This document shows positions 9,252 through 19,374 of a stretch of 64,000 nucleotides of DNA, piece by piece; position 1 is the first letter of the stretch; each line of letters begins with the position of its first letter. A program made the position numbers and the translations under genes. The stretch comes from a virus, in the IMG/VR virus record IMGVR_UViG_3300019757_000007, positions 10,567 through 74,566 of that record, one strand, 5' to 3'. Under the pieces are notes generated by a model. It did not search any database. It worked only from the letters and a program-made list of their open reading frames with translations, and was not told the DNA's origin.

Positions 9252-10982
9252 TTATTTATGACTTGTTCTAGATATTAATTGTCCACATGTTGGACATTGA
9301 CAAGGAGAGGTAAGTTCAGTAAGAGTTTGGTAGTAAGTATCCTCAAATTGTTCAGCACAATTACCACAAATGTATTTTCTTACTGTATCTTTTTCTTCTT
9401 TATCTCCATTACTATCTAAAGGAATTTCAACATCTTCGCTATCTTTTAATAGTTCTTTTGCAAAATTAAATGCATTTCTTTCTTCTGATATTTCAATTAA
9501 AGTATTCGCAACTGTTTTATCATCTCTAATTTCGATAAATCTTGGATGCATTAAACTCCAAATTTCAATACCATCTTTAATATTATCATCGGATAATGTA
9601 ATATCATTAGCTCTTACTTCTACAATTTTACCTAAGTATTTTTCTTGATTGTTCCAAATCTCATGTTTCCTATCTTCTGTAAAACCACTTGTTTTACTTT
9701 TTAATAAACCATCTTCACTTTCAATAAAAATAGCTCCAAGAGTATTCTTATATTTACCAGAACCTTTTTCAAAACCAACTATTTTATAATCAGAACTAAA
9801 TTCATTTTTAAATTTAATACAATTCGTGCTTTTCCCAGATTTAAATAGTCCAGAAGCTTCTTTTAGGATTATACCTTCTTTACCCTCTTTTAATTTATTC
9901 TCAAAATACTTAATTGCCCCTTGTAATTGATTAATTCCAAAATACTTATAATCGACTAATTGTATATGTTTAAAATCTTTTAATTTTTTTAAACAACTTT
10001 TTAAAGCTTCAAATCTAGAAAGATTATCCGATTTTAATAAAGCAGAATTAGTTAAATCCCAAACAGTATATCTAATTTTAGATTGTAATTCCTCAAAGGA
10101 TTGACCAAAAGTTTCTTCTAATGCAGCTATATATTTTTTTAATTCCGCCTTAGTTAATCCTTCTTCCTTTTTATTATAAATAGTAGTAAGTGCTTTAAAT
10201 ACCCCATTACTAGTTAATCTATCTAAACCTTCAATAGTAAATTCCCCATGAAGAACTGATTTATCATGAACCATACTTTTAAGTTGTTTGAACTCAGCTG
10301 CTAATTCTTTAAAATTAATACTAATCGGTTTTAATCTTCTAGATTGAAATCCATTTCCTGATTTTAAATCACTACAATCATTTATACTCGCAAATGAAAA
10401 TAAACCATCAGCTTTTTCTTGAGCTATATAAAATCTAGTATTATTTTTTTTAGCAATACTATATTTAGAAACTCTTTTTACTATATTACTAATTCCAGGA
10501 AAAGAAACAGCTCCCATATATTCAGGTAAAGGTAAACAATAAGGAATTCCAGTATTAATTCCCTTTTCTGACATACCAATTTTTAAATCTCTATCTATTA
10601 TTTTTTGGACAAGAGATCTGGTCTCGTTATCACAAGACCTAAGTATTTCGCATAATTTTTCATTTGCTTTATTTCCAGTTAATTTATCAACTAAAAAAGC
10701 TTTATCTAATTGAGCCATAGCTTCTACAATATCGTTTATAGGTAGGCTAAAATATTTTGATTTAGTTTTTAATAATTTATTAGGAACATTTTTTATTCCA
10801 AAAATAATAAATGGACTATAAACATAATTAAAATATTGTTTAACTATTTTCTTTTCGGTATTATTTATACTAGAATAAAACATCGCTAATTCATTTCTTT
10901 TTTCATTAGTACCAGTAAGGGCTGAGATTCTATTTAATACTTTATATAATTCATTATTAAGTAATACTATTTTATTTATCAT
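9252..10982 (-). CDS. lig: ATP-dependent DNA ligase with C-terminal zinc ribbon
   Basis: EKADG adenylation motif, HGEF, EGIILK, OB-fold region ending LMHPRF; tail CGNC...CPTC. Confidence 0.92.
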   Translation of the reverse strand: MINKIVLLNNELYKVLNRISALTGTNEKRNELAMFYSSINNTEKKIVKQYFNYVYSPFIIFGIKNVPNKLLKTKSKYFSLPINDIVEAMAQLDKAFLVDKLTGNKANEKLCEILRSCDNETRSLVQKIIDRDLKIGMSEKGINTGIPYCLPLPEYMGAVSFPGISNIVKRVSKYSIAKKNNTRFYIAQEKADGLFSFASINDCSDLKSGNGFQSRRLKPISINFKELAAEFKQLKSMVHDKSVLHGEFTIEGLDRLTSNGVFKALTTIYNKKEEGLTKAELKKYIAALEETFGQSFEELQSKIRYTVWDLTNSALLKSDNLSRFEALKSCLKKLKDFKHIQLVDYKYFGINQLQGAIKYFENKLKEGKEGIILKEASGLFKSGKSTNCIKFKNEFSSDYKIVGFEKGSGKYKNTLGAIFIESEDGLLKSKTSGFTEDRKHEIWNNQEKYLGKIVEVRANDITLSDDNIKDGIEIWSLMHPRFIEIRDDKTVANTLIEISEERNAFNFAKELLKDSEDVEIPLDSNGDKEEKDTVRKYICGNCAEQFEDTYYQTLTELTSPCQCPTCGQLISRTSHK

Positions 10983-11045
10983 TGTATATTTTCCTTTTTA
11001 ATTTAATGGTTTCTATTTAATAATCTAGGTTAACCTAGATTATTT

Positions 11046-11573
11046 TTATTGTGGCATTGTAGGAACTTGTGGTGCCTGCGGAACTACTGGAGTACTTGGT
11101 ATGCTAGGAGCTTGTGGTACTTCTGGTGAAGTTGGAACTGTTGGTACTACTGGAGTATTAGTTGCAGGTACTTGTGGTGTAAGAGGAGCATTTGGAGCCT
11201 CTACCGCTGGATTTGGAACTGCAGTTGCTGGTTCTGTTGGTTGACCAGGTTGTAGTTCTGGAGTAGCAGCTGGAGCTGATTCCGCACCTGGAAGTACTAA
11301 AGAAGAAACCATTAATTGATATTCAGTATTTCCATTCCATGTATTTTCTTTGAATTCTCCATCCATTGAAATTGACTTACCTTTTAGATTTTGTGGATCA
11401 AAGGCTTTTAAAGCTGCTACTGAAGCATCATCGAATAATAAGAATTTGTAAGATTGATTTGCGCCATTTGCATCTGGTAGTTGAATATAACCTGTTGCGT
11501 AATCTTTATTTTTCTTGCTTAAGTTAACGTATGCTGCTGTAATTGTTCCTGTGTAAGTTTGTGTATTTGCCAT
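11046..11573 (-). CDS. Probable OB-fold ssDNA-binding protein with Pro-rich tail
   Basis: Likely start MANTQT at 11573 (AAGGA RBS); KGKSISMDGEFKENTWNG fits an SSB-like OB strand pattern. Confidence 0.6.
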   Translation of the reverse strand: MANTQTYTGTITAAYVNLSKKNKDYATGYIQLPDANGANQSYKFLLFDDASVAALKAFDPQNLKGKSISMDGEFKENTWNGNTEYQLMVSSLVLPGAESAPAATPELQPGQPTEPATAVPNPAVEAPNAPLTPQVPATNTPVVPTVPTSPEVPQAPSIPSTPVVPQAPQVPTMPQ

Positions 11574-11694
11574 TTTTTTATTTCCTTTTAAATGTATATA
11601 TTTTGTGATTTTTATCACAACCTTAATTGGTATCGACCAAGTTCTTTCTGTATCTAATATATCTTTTCTATAGTATCTGGAACTCTATATCCAG

Positions 11695-12867
11695 TTATGT
11701 AGCAGTTTCTATCTTTCCAAAAACATTTAATTCTGTTTCGGAAGTAAATATTAGATTCAGGGCAGTGTTTTGAGAAGAGATACTAATTGGACAAATTTTT
11801 CCAAAACCACTTGGATTATTTTCTGTCCAAGATTTTGGTAATCTACCATCTCTAATAATACTAATTGCTTGCGATACCTTATGAATTAAGGGAGCCGGAA
11901 ATGGAAGGCTTAAGTCGTATAAATTTCCTCTATGTAAGTTCTTATTAAAACCAGTAGTCATAATACTTAACTCATTCATAGTTGGTAAAAAGTTCTGGTT
12001 ATTTTTATCAATAATACCATACAATAATCTTAAATAAATTTCAAATATTGGTCTTATTAAATATTCGAGTAGTACTACTCTTCTATTTTTTAAGTCCGCC
12101 ATATTAATTTCTATTTTCTCTTCATTAATAACTATAATCTTTTTAAAGATATCCGATAAAGTATTAGTCTCGAAAAAATTATTGAACATATCTCGATAAT
12201 ATTCTAATAATAATTGTTCATCTAAAAACTTAGCTACATCCATCTCTTCAAAGAATTCCACCTTATGAAAATTGAAAAATTTAATAAACTTTTTAAATTC
12301 CTCTTTTGTAAATCCAGGTTTTTTAATATATTTTAATTTTATTAATTCCTCAATATACTGTGGATCTTTATCAAAAAATATTTTTAAGAATAAATCTAAT
12401 TCCATAGACTTACCTTTAAATTGAATTGTTCCAGCTATGAAATCAAAGGTAAAGTTAAATACTGCATTAACATTTGCAAATATTTTATTTTTTCCTTCTT
12501 CTGGTAAATAGATTCTATCTATCGGAGCCTTCTCTAAGAATAATAAAGGAACATAAACCATATTATTTAAAATATAGTAATTGTCTTGGACTAATTTTGG
12601 TACTAAAAAGGTTATAGTATTTTTATAATCCTTATAACCTTGATTAACTATAACCTTATCATAATAAGAAGTATTTAGATTTAGATAAGTAGGATTCATA
12701 GTTTCGTATGAAATATCAAAAGTATATTCTGGATCTAATTTCTTAATCCTCTTAAACATATCTTCTAATATAAATTCTAATTTCTCAGCGTCGGCTTTTC
12801 TAAAATCTTTTACCAGCATATTTCCTGGAGCCATTTCTTTTTGCTTGTCGAATTTAATTAAATTCAT
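11695..12867 (-). CDS. rpoB: RNA polymerase beta, N-terminal piece (set A)
   Basis: VPKLVQDNYYILNN (~IPLMT.NG.F.ING), DLKNRRV (~HLGNRRI), NPSGFGKICPI (~HPTHYGRVCPI). Confidence 0.85.
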   Translation of the reverse strand: MNLIKFDKQKEMAPGNMLVKDFRKADAEKLEFILEDMFKRIKKLDPEYTFDISYETMNPTYLNLNTSYYDKVIVNQGYKDYKNTITFLVPKLVQDNYYILNNMVYVPLLFLEKAPIDRIYLPEEGKNKIFANVNAVFNFTFDFIAGTIQFKGKSMELDLFLKIFFDKDPQYIEELIKLKYIKKPGFTKEEFKKFIKFFNFHKVEFFEEMDVAKFLDEQLLLEYYRDMFNNFFETNTLSDIFKKIIVINEEKIEINMADLKNRRVVLLEYLIRPIFEIYLRLLYGIIDKNNQNFLPTMNELSIMTTGFNKNLHRGNLYDLSLPFPAPLIHKVSQAISIIRDGRLPKSWTENNPSGFGKICPISISSQNTALNLIFTSETELNVFGKIETAT

Positions 12868-13246
12868 TTACTTCCTTTATTTTACAAGTACTTGGATACT
12901 CTAATACACCCTTTTCTTTATTAATAAATTTAATATCTAAACCATTATTCGTTATAATTTCCCAACCAGTTTTTTTAGATACTATGAAAATATTACAATA
13001 TAAGGTTTTATTATTTTTAAAATTTTGTTGATTATAAGATACTATTTTATTATAATCGCTGTTCTGTTTAGCTATAAAAAAACTAAAAATACTAATAGTT
13101 AAAAATAGTATAAAACCAAAAATAATATTATTTCTTTTTTCTAATTTTTTTAACTTTTCTTCCTCCTCAGAATAATCTTCAACTATTCTTTCTCTATTAG
13201 CCGATTTAATTAGCTCTTTTAATTCTTTTTTATCTTCTAAATTCAT
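12854..13246 (-). CDS. Hypothetical membrane-anchored protein
   Basis: One TM segment (IIFGFILFLTISIFSFFIA). Confidence 0.65.
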   Translation of the reverse strand: MNLEDKKELKELIKSANRERIVEDYSEEEEKLKKLEKRNNIIFGFILFLTISIFSFFIAKQNSDYNKIVSYNQQNFKNNKTLYCNIFIVSKKTGWEIITNNGLDIKFINKEKGVLEYPSTCKIKEVNEFN

Positions 13247-13265
13247 TTACTTCCTTTTCTTTGTG

Positions 13266-13535
13266 CTACATAAATAATACATAATAACTCACAAAATAAA
13301 TATAGTAAAATAAAGTAGCAAATGCTACTTTATCTGCTTCTGTTTTAAAATGTTTCGTTAATGTTCTATCAGAATATAATAATAGTAGAATAATATATAA
13401 TATAAATAATATAAAAATACTGATAATAAAACCAGTTATTTGTAATAATCCACTTACTATTACTAATAAAAATAATAGTACTATATAAATATTATGAAAT
13501 ACTTTAATTAAAACTTTAAATAATTTCATTCCCAT
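13266..13535 (-). CDS. Small membrane protein
   Basis: Hydrophobic ORF in an operon-like run. Confidence 0.55.
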   Translation of the reverse strand: MGMKLFKVLIKVFHNIYIVLLFLLVIVSGLLQITGFIISIFILFILYIILLLLYSDRTLTKHFKTEADKVAFATLFYYIYFVSYYVLFM

Positions 13536-13735
13536 ATCGTAAATATACTAACATATTCTACTATTCCCATTAAAATTAGTAGGCATATACATTCTATTGG
13601 ACTAATGTCATTTAAATAATGATTTTCATTCATGAATAGAGCCATAAAGAAGAAAGTTATTATTCCAAATGCGACTATTCCTATTGTTGATTGAAAATAC
13701 ATACCGAAGATATCTCCGGTTAAGAACGCTTCCAT
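13526..13735 (-). CDS. Small membrane protein
   Basis: Two hydrophobic segments; start overlaps the upstream stop. Confidence 0.55.
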   Translation of the reverse strand: MEAFLTGDIFGMYFQSTIGIVAFGIITFFFMALFMNENHYLNDISPIECICLLILMGIVEYVSIFTIWE

Positions 13736-15741
13736 TAGTAGTAGATATCTAAGATATCATTATACATATGAGTAGTTCCTTCGCTAAATTTTGCTTTATA
13801 AACATTTGAAATAGCTCTATTACTAAAGTTATAAAATATTGATAATTTAGGATCTAACTGCTCAATTACATTTTTCAATGCTACCTGTTTAACTATCTCT
13901 TTATCACTATATCTAATTAATAATCCATCTTCATCATAGAATAATAATGATAAAATCATTTCAAAATAAATACTAAGAATATTATTTTGAGTAATTACTT
14001 CTACTAGATTACCATAAATATCGTTAATACTTCTAAGAGCATCATCTTTTCTATTTTTATCAATTAAAGAAACAATTCCATTTAGAATCTTAACAGAATC
14101 ATCATTAAATGGTAATTCATTTACAGTAATAGTTAATACTTCTTTATTATTTTCTTTATCTTCATGTGTATCTAAAGTAATATGTTCTTCATTTGGATAT
14201 TTCTTAGCTAAATAACCTTTGATATAATCTATATCTTCCGGTGCTCCAACTATTGAGTCTCCACCTACTACAGTTGATCTCATAAATATTTTAGATATTT
14301 CTCTATCTTCCTCAGTAATAAAAGCTCCACCAAAGTGATGCGTTCTAAGAACAGATTGAATAATACCTTCCGCAATATAAGAACCAAGACTAGCTCCAAC
14401 ATGTTTACTTGTTGGTTGTTTACTACCAAAACATTTTTTACAAATACCAAAACCATGAGTCTTACATCTAATAGGAGATCTTAATTTAATATCAGTTCCT
14501 ATTAATTCAGTTTCTGTTCCAGTTAATTCTCTTTCTTCTGTTCCAGCATCATACCATCTATATTTTAAAGACATTAGATGATCTTTATCTAAAATAGTAA
14601 ATTTCTCATAACTTTTATTTTCATGAGATATATCTTCTTGACAATCTTCGATATCAATTCTAAAATTTAAAATACCAGTACTAAAGAAGAATTTTCTTTG
14701 TAGTTCTCCACCCTTTGGAATAGCATCCTGTCTTTGCATTAATGCTAGTCTAGCTGAATCTCCAGTACCAAAGTACTCTTCTTGAGTTAATCCATCAAGT
14801 AATGAATTTTCTATATTTCTAGGAAAAGCCTTTCCATAAATATCTGTTGGAATACCTGTATTACTAGCTGCTTTAAGTAACTGAACTGATTTCAGTCTAG
14901 CTCCAGAATCATAAACCTTATCTAGAATATTTTCTTTATCTTTTTCAACCTCTGGTCTAATAAAGTTTTCGAAAAGAACTAGATTTTGATGGAAAGCTAA
15001 ATATGGTTCTACTTGAATCATATTCTTTTTGTATTCCTCAATAGCATCGCTTCGTACACTAAAATCATCTAATTTAAAACTTGGATTACAGCTACTAATA
15101 ACTGTTCCTACTTCTAAAAATAATTTATTTAACTCATGAACCCAATTATAAAATTGATTTTTATCTTTAGTGAATTCGATCTTTTTCCAAAAATCATAAG
15201 TCATTTTCATAAGATTCTTTTTATTTAAAGCTACTCTATTTGTATAATAAACTTTAAATTTATCATCAATATGAACTTCTTCATTATGAACTTCCTGATT
15301 TTCATCCCATTCAGTATCATTTAAACTTCTATTAATTAACCATTCAGTTAAATGAAGACCATCCTCGTTACCTTGAATAGGAAGTTGTTCTATATTAATA
15401 ATTAATTTACCAGCTGAGATATCTTCGATATTAATATATTTTTCTCTTAACTCTGCAAAATCTTTTACAGTTACCTTTGTACATTCATTATTTTCAATAT
15501 TATCTAACATAATTTTTGTATACATATAAGAAGCATAAATACTCTCATGTTCATAACTGAACAGTAAAGAATCTCTATGTTCGAATTCCACTAAATTATT
15601 TACGAAATGATCGTGGAAATCTTCTCTTGCTTGTTTTGAATGAAGTGCGACAGAAATCATAGTATCACCATCATAATCATGGTTCGTAAATTGAGAAACA
15701 TTACTAGATATTTCTTTTACTCTATTTCTTTTTATTTGCAA
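13735..15741 (-). CDS. rpoC: RNA polymerase beta', C-terminal piece with catalytic motif (set A)
   Basis: NHDYDGD (~NADFDGD) at residue ~20, DSGAR, bridge helix GDSARLAL...GELQRK, RSPIRC...GICKKCFG Zn site, trigger loop LRTHHFGG; TTG start with AAGGA RBS. Confidence 0.95.
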   Translation of the reverse strand: MQIKRNRVKEISSNVSQFTNHDYDGDTMISVALHSKQAREDFHDHFVNNLVEFEHRDSLLFSYEHESIYASYMYTKIMLDNIENNECTKVTVKDFAELREKYINIEDISAGKLIINIEQLPIQGNEDGLHLTEWLINRSLNDTEWDENQEVHNEEVHIDDKFKVYYTNRVALNKKNLMKMTYDFWKKIEFTKDKNQFYNWVHELNKLFLEVGTVISSCNPSFKLDDFSVRSDAIEEYKKNMIQVEPYLAFHQNLVLFENFIRPEVEKDKENILDKVYDSGARLKSVQLLKAASNTGIPTDIYGKAFPRNIENSLLDGLTQEEYFGTGDSARLALMQRQDAIPKGGELQRKFFFSTGILNFRIDIEDCQEDISHENKSYEKFTILDKDHLMSLKYRWYDAGTEERELTGTETELIGTDIKLRSPIRCKTHGFGICKKCFGSKQPTSKHVGASLGSYIAEGIIQSVLRTHHFGGAFITEEDREISKIFMRSTVVGGDSIVGAPEDIDYIKGYLAKKYPNEEHITLDTHEDKENNKEVLTITVNELPFNDDSVKILNGIVSLIDKNRKDDALRSINDIYGNLVEVITQNNILSIYFEMILSLLFYDEDGLLIRYSDKEIVKQVALKNVIEQLDPKLSIFYNFSNRAISNVYKAKFSEGTTHMYNDILDIYY

Positions 15742-15753
15742 TCTTTATCCTTT

Positions 15754-16296
15754 TTATTTGGCTTTAGCCTTTTCCATTTTAATTCTTTTTAAAAGAACAT
15801 CTTTTATTCTATTTATATCTGTTGTTTTTTTAGTAGCCAATTCTTTTTTCTCAGCTGAAACTTTATCTGGATGCCATACTTTTAATAATAATTTCCATTT
15901 ATCCTTAACCTCTCTTTCGGTGTAAGGATAGTCTAAATTAAACAATTTTTCTCCTTGTTTAATTTCTTCTATTATATTACCAGTATCCGTTTTTTTATAT
16001 AGTTCCTCGATATGTTTTTTAAATATCCAATTAGCCATATGATTATAACGGAGTTTTTTATATTTATCTCTAAATAAATCTTTATGTAAATAAATATATT
16101 CTACATCATGACCTAAGTCAGTTTCTTCTTTAATTACTGATGCTACCGTTTTAGCTGAAATTATTATTTGAATAAATAACCCAGCTAAAAATCCCCATAC
16201 ATATAACATTACCGTAGTAAAAAAATAAGTTAGTACTGCAAGAAAAAGAATAAGTTTAATATTATCACTAGAATACTTTATTATTTTTTTTAACAT
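15754..16296 (-). CDS. Membrane-anchored J-domain (DnaJ-like) protein
   Basis: N-terminal TM segments; C-terminal WKLLLKVWHPDK (HPD motif). Confidence 0.8.
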   Translation of the reverse strand: MLKKIIKYSSDNIKLILFLAVLTYFFTTVMLYVWGFLAGLFIQIIISAKTVASVIKEETDLGHDVEYIYLHKDLFRDKYKKLRYNHMANWIFKKHIEELYKKTDTGNIIEEIKQGEKLFNLDYPYTEREVKDKWKLLLKVWHPDKVSAEKKELATKKTTDINRIKDVLLKRIKMEKAKAK

Positions 16297-16306
16297 TTCA
16301 ATTCCT

Positions 16307-16582
16307 TTAAATTGCTTTAATTGTTACCTTAGTTAAATGAGAAGTCCATTCGTCTGGAATGTTGAATAATTCTCTTCCTTTTTTAGTAATGTCAACATGA
16401 TTATAATCAACGTAACCTAGATGAGCCTGACCATTATGTCCAAAAATATCAAAGATTTTATCTTCACCAATATATAAATTTTTATTTTTTAATTCTATAT
16501 TGGCTTGAAAATCTCTTAATTTTGGCTCCCCATTAATGGTCTGAGTAATATAAATATTACTCTTTCCATAATTAATTATCAT
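16307..16582 (-). CDS. Hypothetical protein
   Basis: ORF coupled to neighbours. Confidence 0.6.
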   Translation of the reverse strand: MIINYGKSNIYITQTINGEPKLRDFQANIELKNKNLYIGEDKIFDIFGHNGQAHLGYVDYNHVDITKKGRELFNIPDEWTSHLTKVTIKAI

Positions 16583-17444
16583 CTATCTTTCCAGCTTTAG
16601 TAGGTAATATTAATTCTTCTTCTGGATGATTATCATGAAAATTATTTAATTGATATAATGGATCTTCTAAAAATTCTTTCGGATATAACCCATTTCTAAA
16701 CGCATGAGCATTATTTCTTTTTATGATTTTTAAAAAAGCTTTTTCTTCTTTTTTATTTCTAACCGCTACTAATAGACCATTCCCACCATTTAAAGATTCT
16801 TTATCCCAAGCTAAAAAATATTGTTTAAATAGTTTATCACCATCTATAGAAAACCATTTTTTACCATTTTTAATTTCGCCATCTGATACTATAGAATCCG
16901 GTTTAACTTTAACATTATTTTTTGATTGATTAACTTTTTTAGGAGTTCTTTCTTGTTTAATATCTATACAGCCTGTTAAAATTTCTTGAGTAATTAATTC
17001 AATTTTATCCTGCTCTCCATTTGAAATTAACTCTTCTGTCGTACTTTCGATAGTATCTTTAATTAATTCAATTTCTAAGTCAGAAAAACCTAAATTTTTT
17101 AAATGTTTAACTTTTATTTTTTTTGCCATTGTATTTCCTTTTTTATTTTTAAGTTCTTTTGCTAGTGCTTTTTTTGGTAGAGTTCTATGTTCTTCTTCTG
17201 TTTTAGCTTTTAATAAATTAGCATAATTTTGACCAATTTGAGGAATTTTTAAATGTCTTTGAACATCTTCTCTTGATAATAATTTCTTAATGAAATATTT
17301 AGCTGCTTTAACATCTTCGCCTTTTTTAGCTTCTATAATAATATTTAAAAAGCTATCTAAACCTTCTTTAATATTTGCTAAATCTCCATCTACTAATGTC
17401 ATTAAAAACGATAATCTATACTTTAATTTTTCTACTTTTTTCAT
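16572..17444 (-). CDS. Hypothetical protein; possible internal start at MAKKIK
   Basis: ORF with an internal AAGGA-ATG near 17129. Confidence 0.65.
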   Translation of the reverse strand: MKKVEKLKYRLSFLMTLVDGDLANIKEGLDSFLNIIIEAKKGEDVKAAKYFIKKLLSREDVQRHLKIPQIGQNYANLLKAKTEEEHRTLPKKALAKELKNKKGNTMAKKIKVKHLKNLGFSDLEIELIKDTIESTTEELISNGEQDKIELITQEILTGCIDIKQERTPKKVNQSKNNVKVKPDSIVSDGEIKNGKKWFSIDGDKLFKQYFLAWDKESLNGGNGLLVAVRNKKEEKAFLKIIKRNNAHAFRNGLYPKEFLEDPLYQLNNFHDNHPEEELILPTKAGKIDDN

Positions 17445-17445
17445 G

Positions 17446-18930
17446 TTATATTTCCTCAGCTTCTAAAGCTTGTATTTTTGTGTTGTAAATTTTTCTTACG
17501 GCCATTTTCATATTATTTAAATAAATTTTGGAAAAAGCAGAACCTTTCTCTTGTAACGCTCTGACATAATCAGGTGCTTCATTCATTGCTTCGAAATAAT
17601 ATTTTCTGTATTCATCCGGAATACCTATTTCTGTAAACTCAGGTATTTGATAAATATCATCCTCTGAATCCCCGTAGCTTCGAGCTATAGAATAACAACT
17701 ACTACTAAACTTCCATAAGTTAGGTTGTCTTTCAGTAAGTACCCTAAAATCTTTCATTTTCTTTTCTAAGAAGTTTTTAAAATCTTCATCAGGTAAAGTA
17801 ATTTCAAAATTATTATTGAACCTATCATAGATATATTGGATATATTCCACCACGTCAAAACTATTTTGAGAACCATCCTCATCAATAATACTAATCTCTT
17901 TATCTTCATATTCTACGAATAAATATCTTAGTAATTCTGGTAAAAATATTTTCTTAATACTTTCTTCTGGTAAACCTAATTGATATGGTTTTAAAACTGG
18001 ATTTGGAATAATAACAGCTCTCTGACTAAATTCTACTGTTTTTCCAGTTAAAGATTCTCTTACATAATTATCTTTCTTTTGAAAATTAAATTGTAATATT
18101 TCGTGATATACATCATCAATACTTTGCTGATACTTATAAACAGTATTACCAAAAAAATCAGAATTTGTATTATAAAGATTATCAAGAACAGAAGTCCCTT
18201 TGGAAATATTTTTAAGTATTTCAATATAAGCCTTTGTAATTGGATGTGGTAAAATCTTAGTATTACTAATTTTTACTACCTGTCTACTATTTGGAGGAGT
18301 TACTAAAATATAATTTAAGAAAACATATTTTAAATAATCTTCTTTAATACTACCAGTTAAATGATGTCGGTACTTCCATTCTACTGGAATTCCTTCCTCA
18401 GGTGGTTTTGCCATTAAATCATGCAATAAAAAAAACAAGTCCTTTAAGGAATTAATATCAAAAACTGGATGATCAATAAAATCTTTATCACCTTCCGCTA
18501 TTTTAGTACTTTTGATTAACTTATATTTCTTAAGATGGAAATAATAAGGTGCTTCTTTATTACTATTATATGCATGTTTTGATAAAATATTTTTAATACT
18601 ATTATGACCGAAAATATCTTGTAAAGCATTCTTAAAATCGGGGTTTACTATAAAGATACCAGCGGGTAACATTATTTTAGCGAATTGAATATTTCTAGAT
18701 TCATTCTTAGAACATTTTACATTACAGTTTGTACATACTTTACTAGCATTTATTTTGCCAAATACTTTTCCACACTGACATTTATATATCTTTTCTGGGC
18801 CAAAAATTTGCTCCGAATAGAGCCCATCTTTAGTAAAAGTATCATGTTTGTTACTTGTAAAAATACTTGGGTTAGTGATTTCTTCTAAATCGTCGACACC
18901 AGCGTATTCCTTAAAATTAAGTACTATCAT
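17446..18930 (-). CDS. rpoC: RNA polymerase beta', N-terminal piece (set A)
   Basis: DGLYSEQIFGP, Zn finger CQCG...CTNC, VTPPNSR, LTGKTVEFSQRAVI (~LLGKRVDYSGRSVI), ERQPNL (~NRAPTL). Confidence 0.95.
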   Translation of the reverse strand: MIVLNFKEYAGVDDLEEITNPSIFTSNKHDTFTKDGLYSEQIFGPEKIYKCQCGKVFGKINASKVCTNCNVKCSKNESRNIQFAKIMLPAGIFIVNPDFKNALQDIFGHNSIKNILSKHAYNSNKEAPYYFHLKKYKLIKSTKIAEGDKDFIDHPVFDINSLKDLFFLLHDLMAKPPEEGIPVEWKYRHHLTGSIKEDYLKYVFLNYILVTPPNSRQVVKISNTKILPHPITKAYIEILKNISKGTSVLDNLYNTNSDFFGNTVYKYQQSIDDVYHEILQFNFQKKDNYVRESLTGKTVEFSQRAVIIPNPVLKPYQLGLPEESIKKIFLPELLRYLFVEYEDKEISIIDEDGSQNSFDVVEYIQYIYDRFNNNFEITLPDEDFKNFLEKKMKDFRVLTERQPNLWKFSSSCYSIARSYGDSEDDIYQIPEFTEIGIPDEYRKYYFEAMNEAPDYVRALQEKGSAFSKIYLNNMKMAVRKIYNTKIQALEAEEI

Positions 18931-19118
18931 GTAATATTTCTCCCATTTTCATAATCGGGGCTATCTAATTCATGTTCTACTACCGAACATGTATTTCTAT
19001 GATTTGGTAAATTACCATCTCTTTCTTTAGCGCAAGTTATTGCGTGGTCCTCAACTGTGAATGAATCAACTATATTTCTATAACCTAAATCCGAATCAAT
19101 TACGGTGTATATTGTCAT
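18927..19118 (-). CDS. Small hypothetical protein
   Basis: ATGA overlap with the beta'-N start. Confidence 0.6.
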   Translation of the reverse strand: MTIYTVIDSDLGYRNIVDSFTVEDHAITCAKERDGNLPNHRNTCSVVEHELDSPDYENGRNIT

Positions 19119-19119
19119 C

Positions 19120-19317
19120 TTAACCCTTTGTATTTTTTAATATCGCGATATTATTATATGATATATTGTCTAGATCCCGAATTAAATTTATTGTTTTACC
19201 AATATGAAATCCACCCATTGGAACCATTCTTATTATTTTGTCGTTCTCAGTAAATCTAGGCTTTTGCTTTTTTATAGCAACTTTCTTTTTTTTACGAGCC
19301 ATATTTTGTCCTTTCAT
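19120..19317 (-). CDS. Small basic hypothetical protein
   Basis: ORF; likely start MARKKK. Confidence 0.5.
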   Translation of the reverse strand: MKGQNMARKKKKVAIKKQKPRFTENDKIIRMVPMGGFHIGKTINLIRDLDNISYNNIAILKNTKG

Positions 19318-19374
19318 ATGTACTATATTTTATCTATTATAACTAAGAATAGTCAAGGCTATACTCCAGTTAAT

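Noticed and set aside
15680-15741. Split intein at the set-A beta' break
   Set aside because: The leader aligns with normal beta' sequence before NADFDGD, and Asn is followed by His, not C/S/T.
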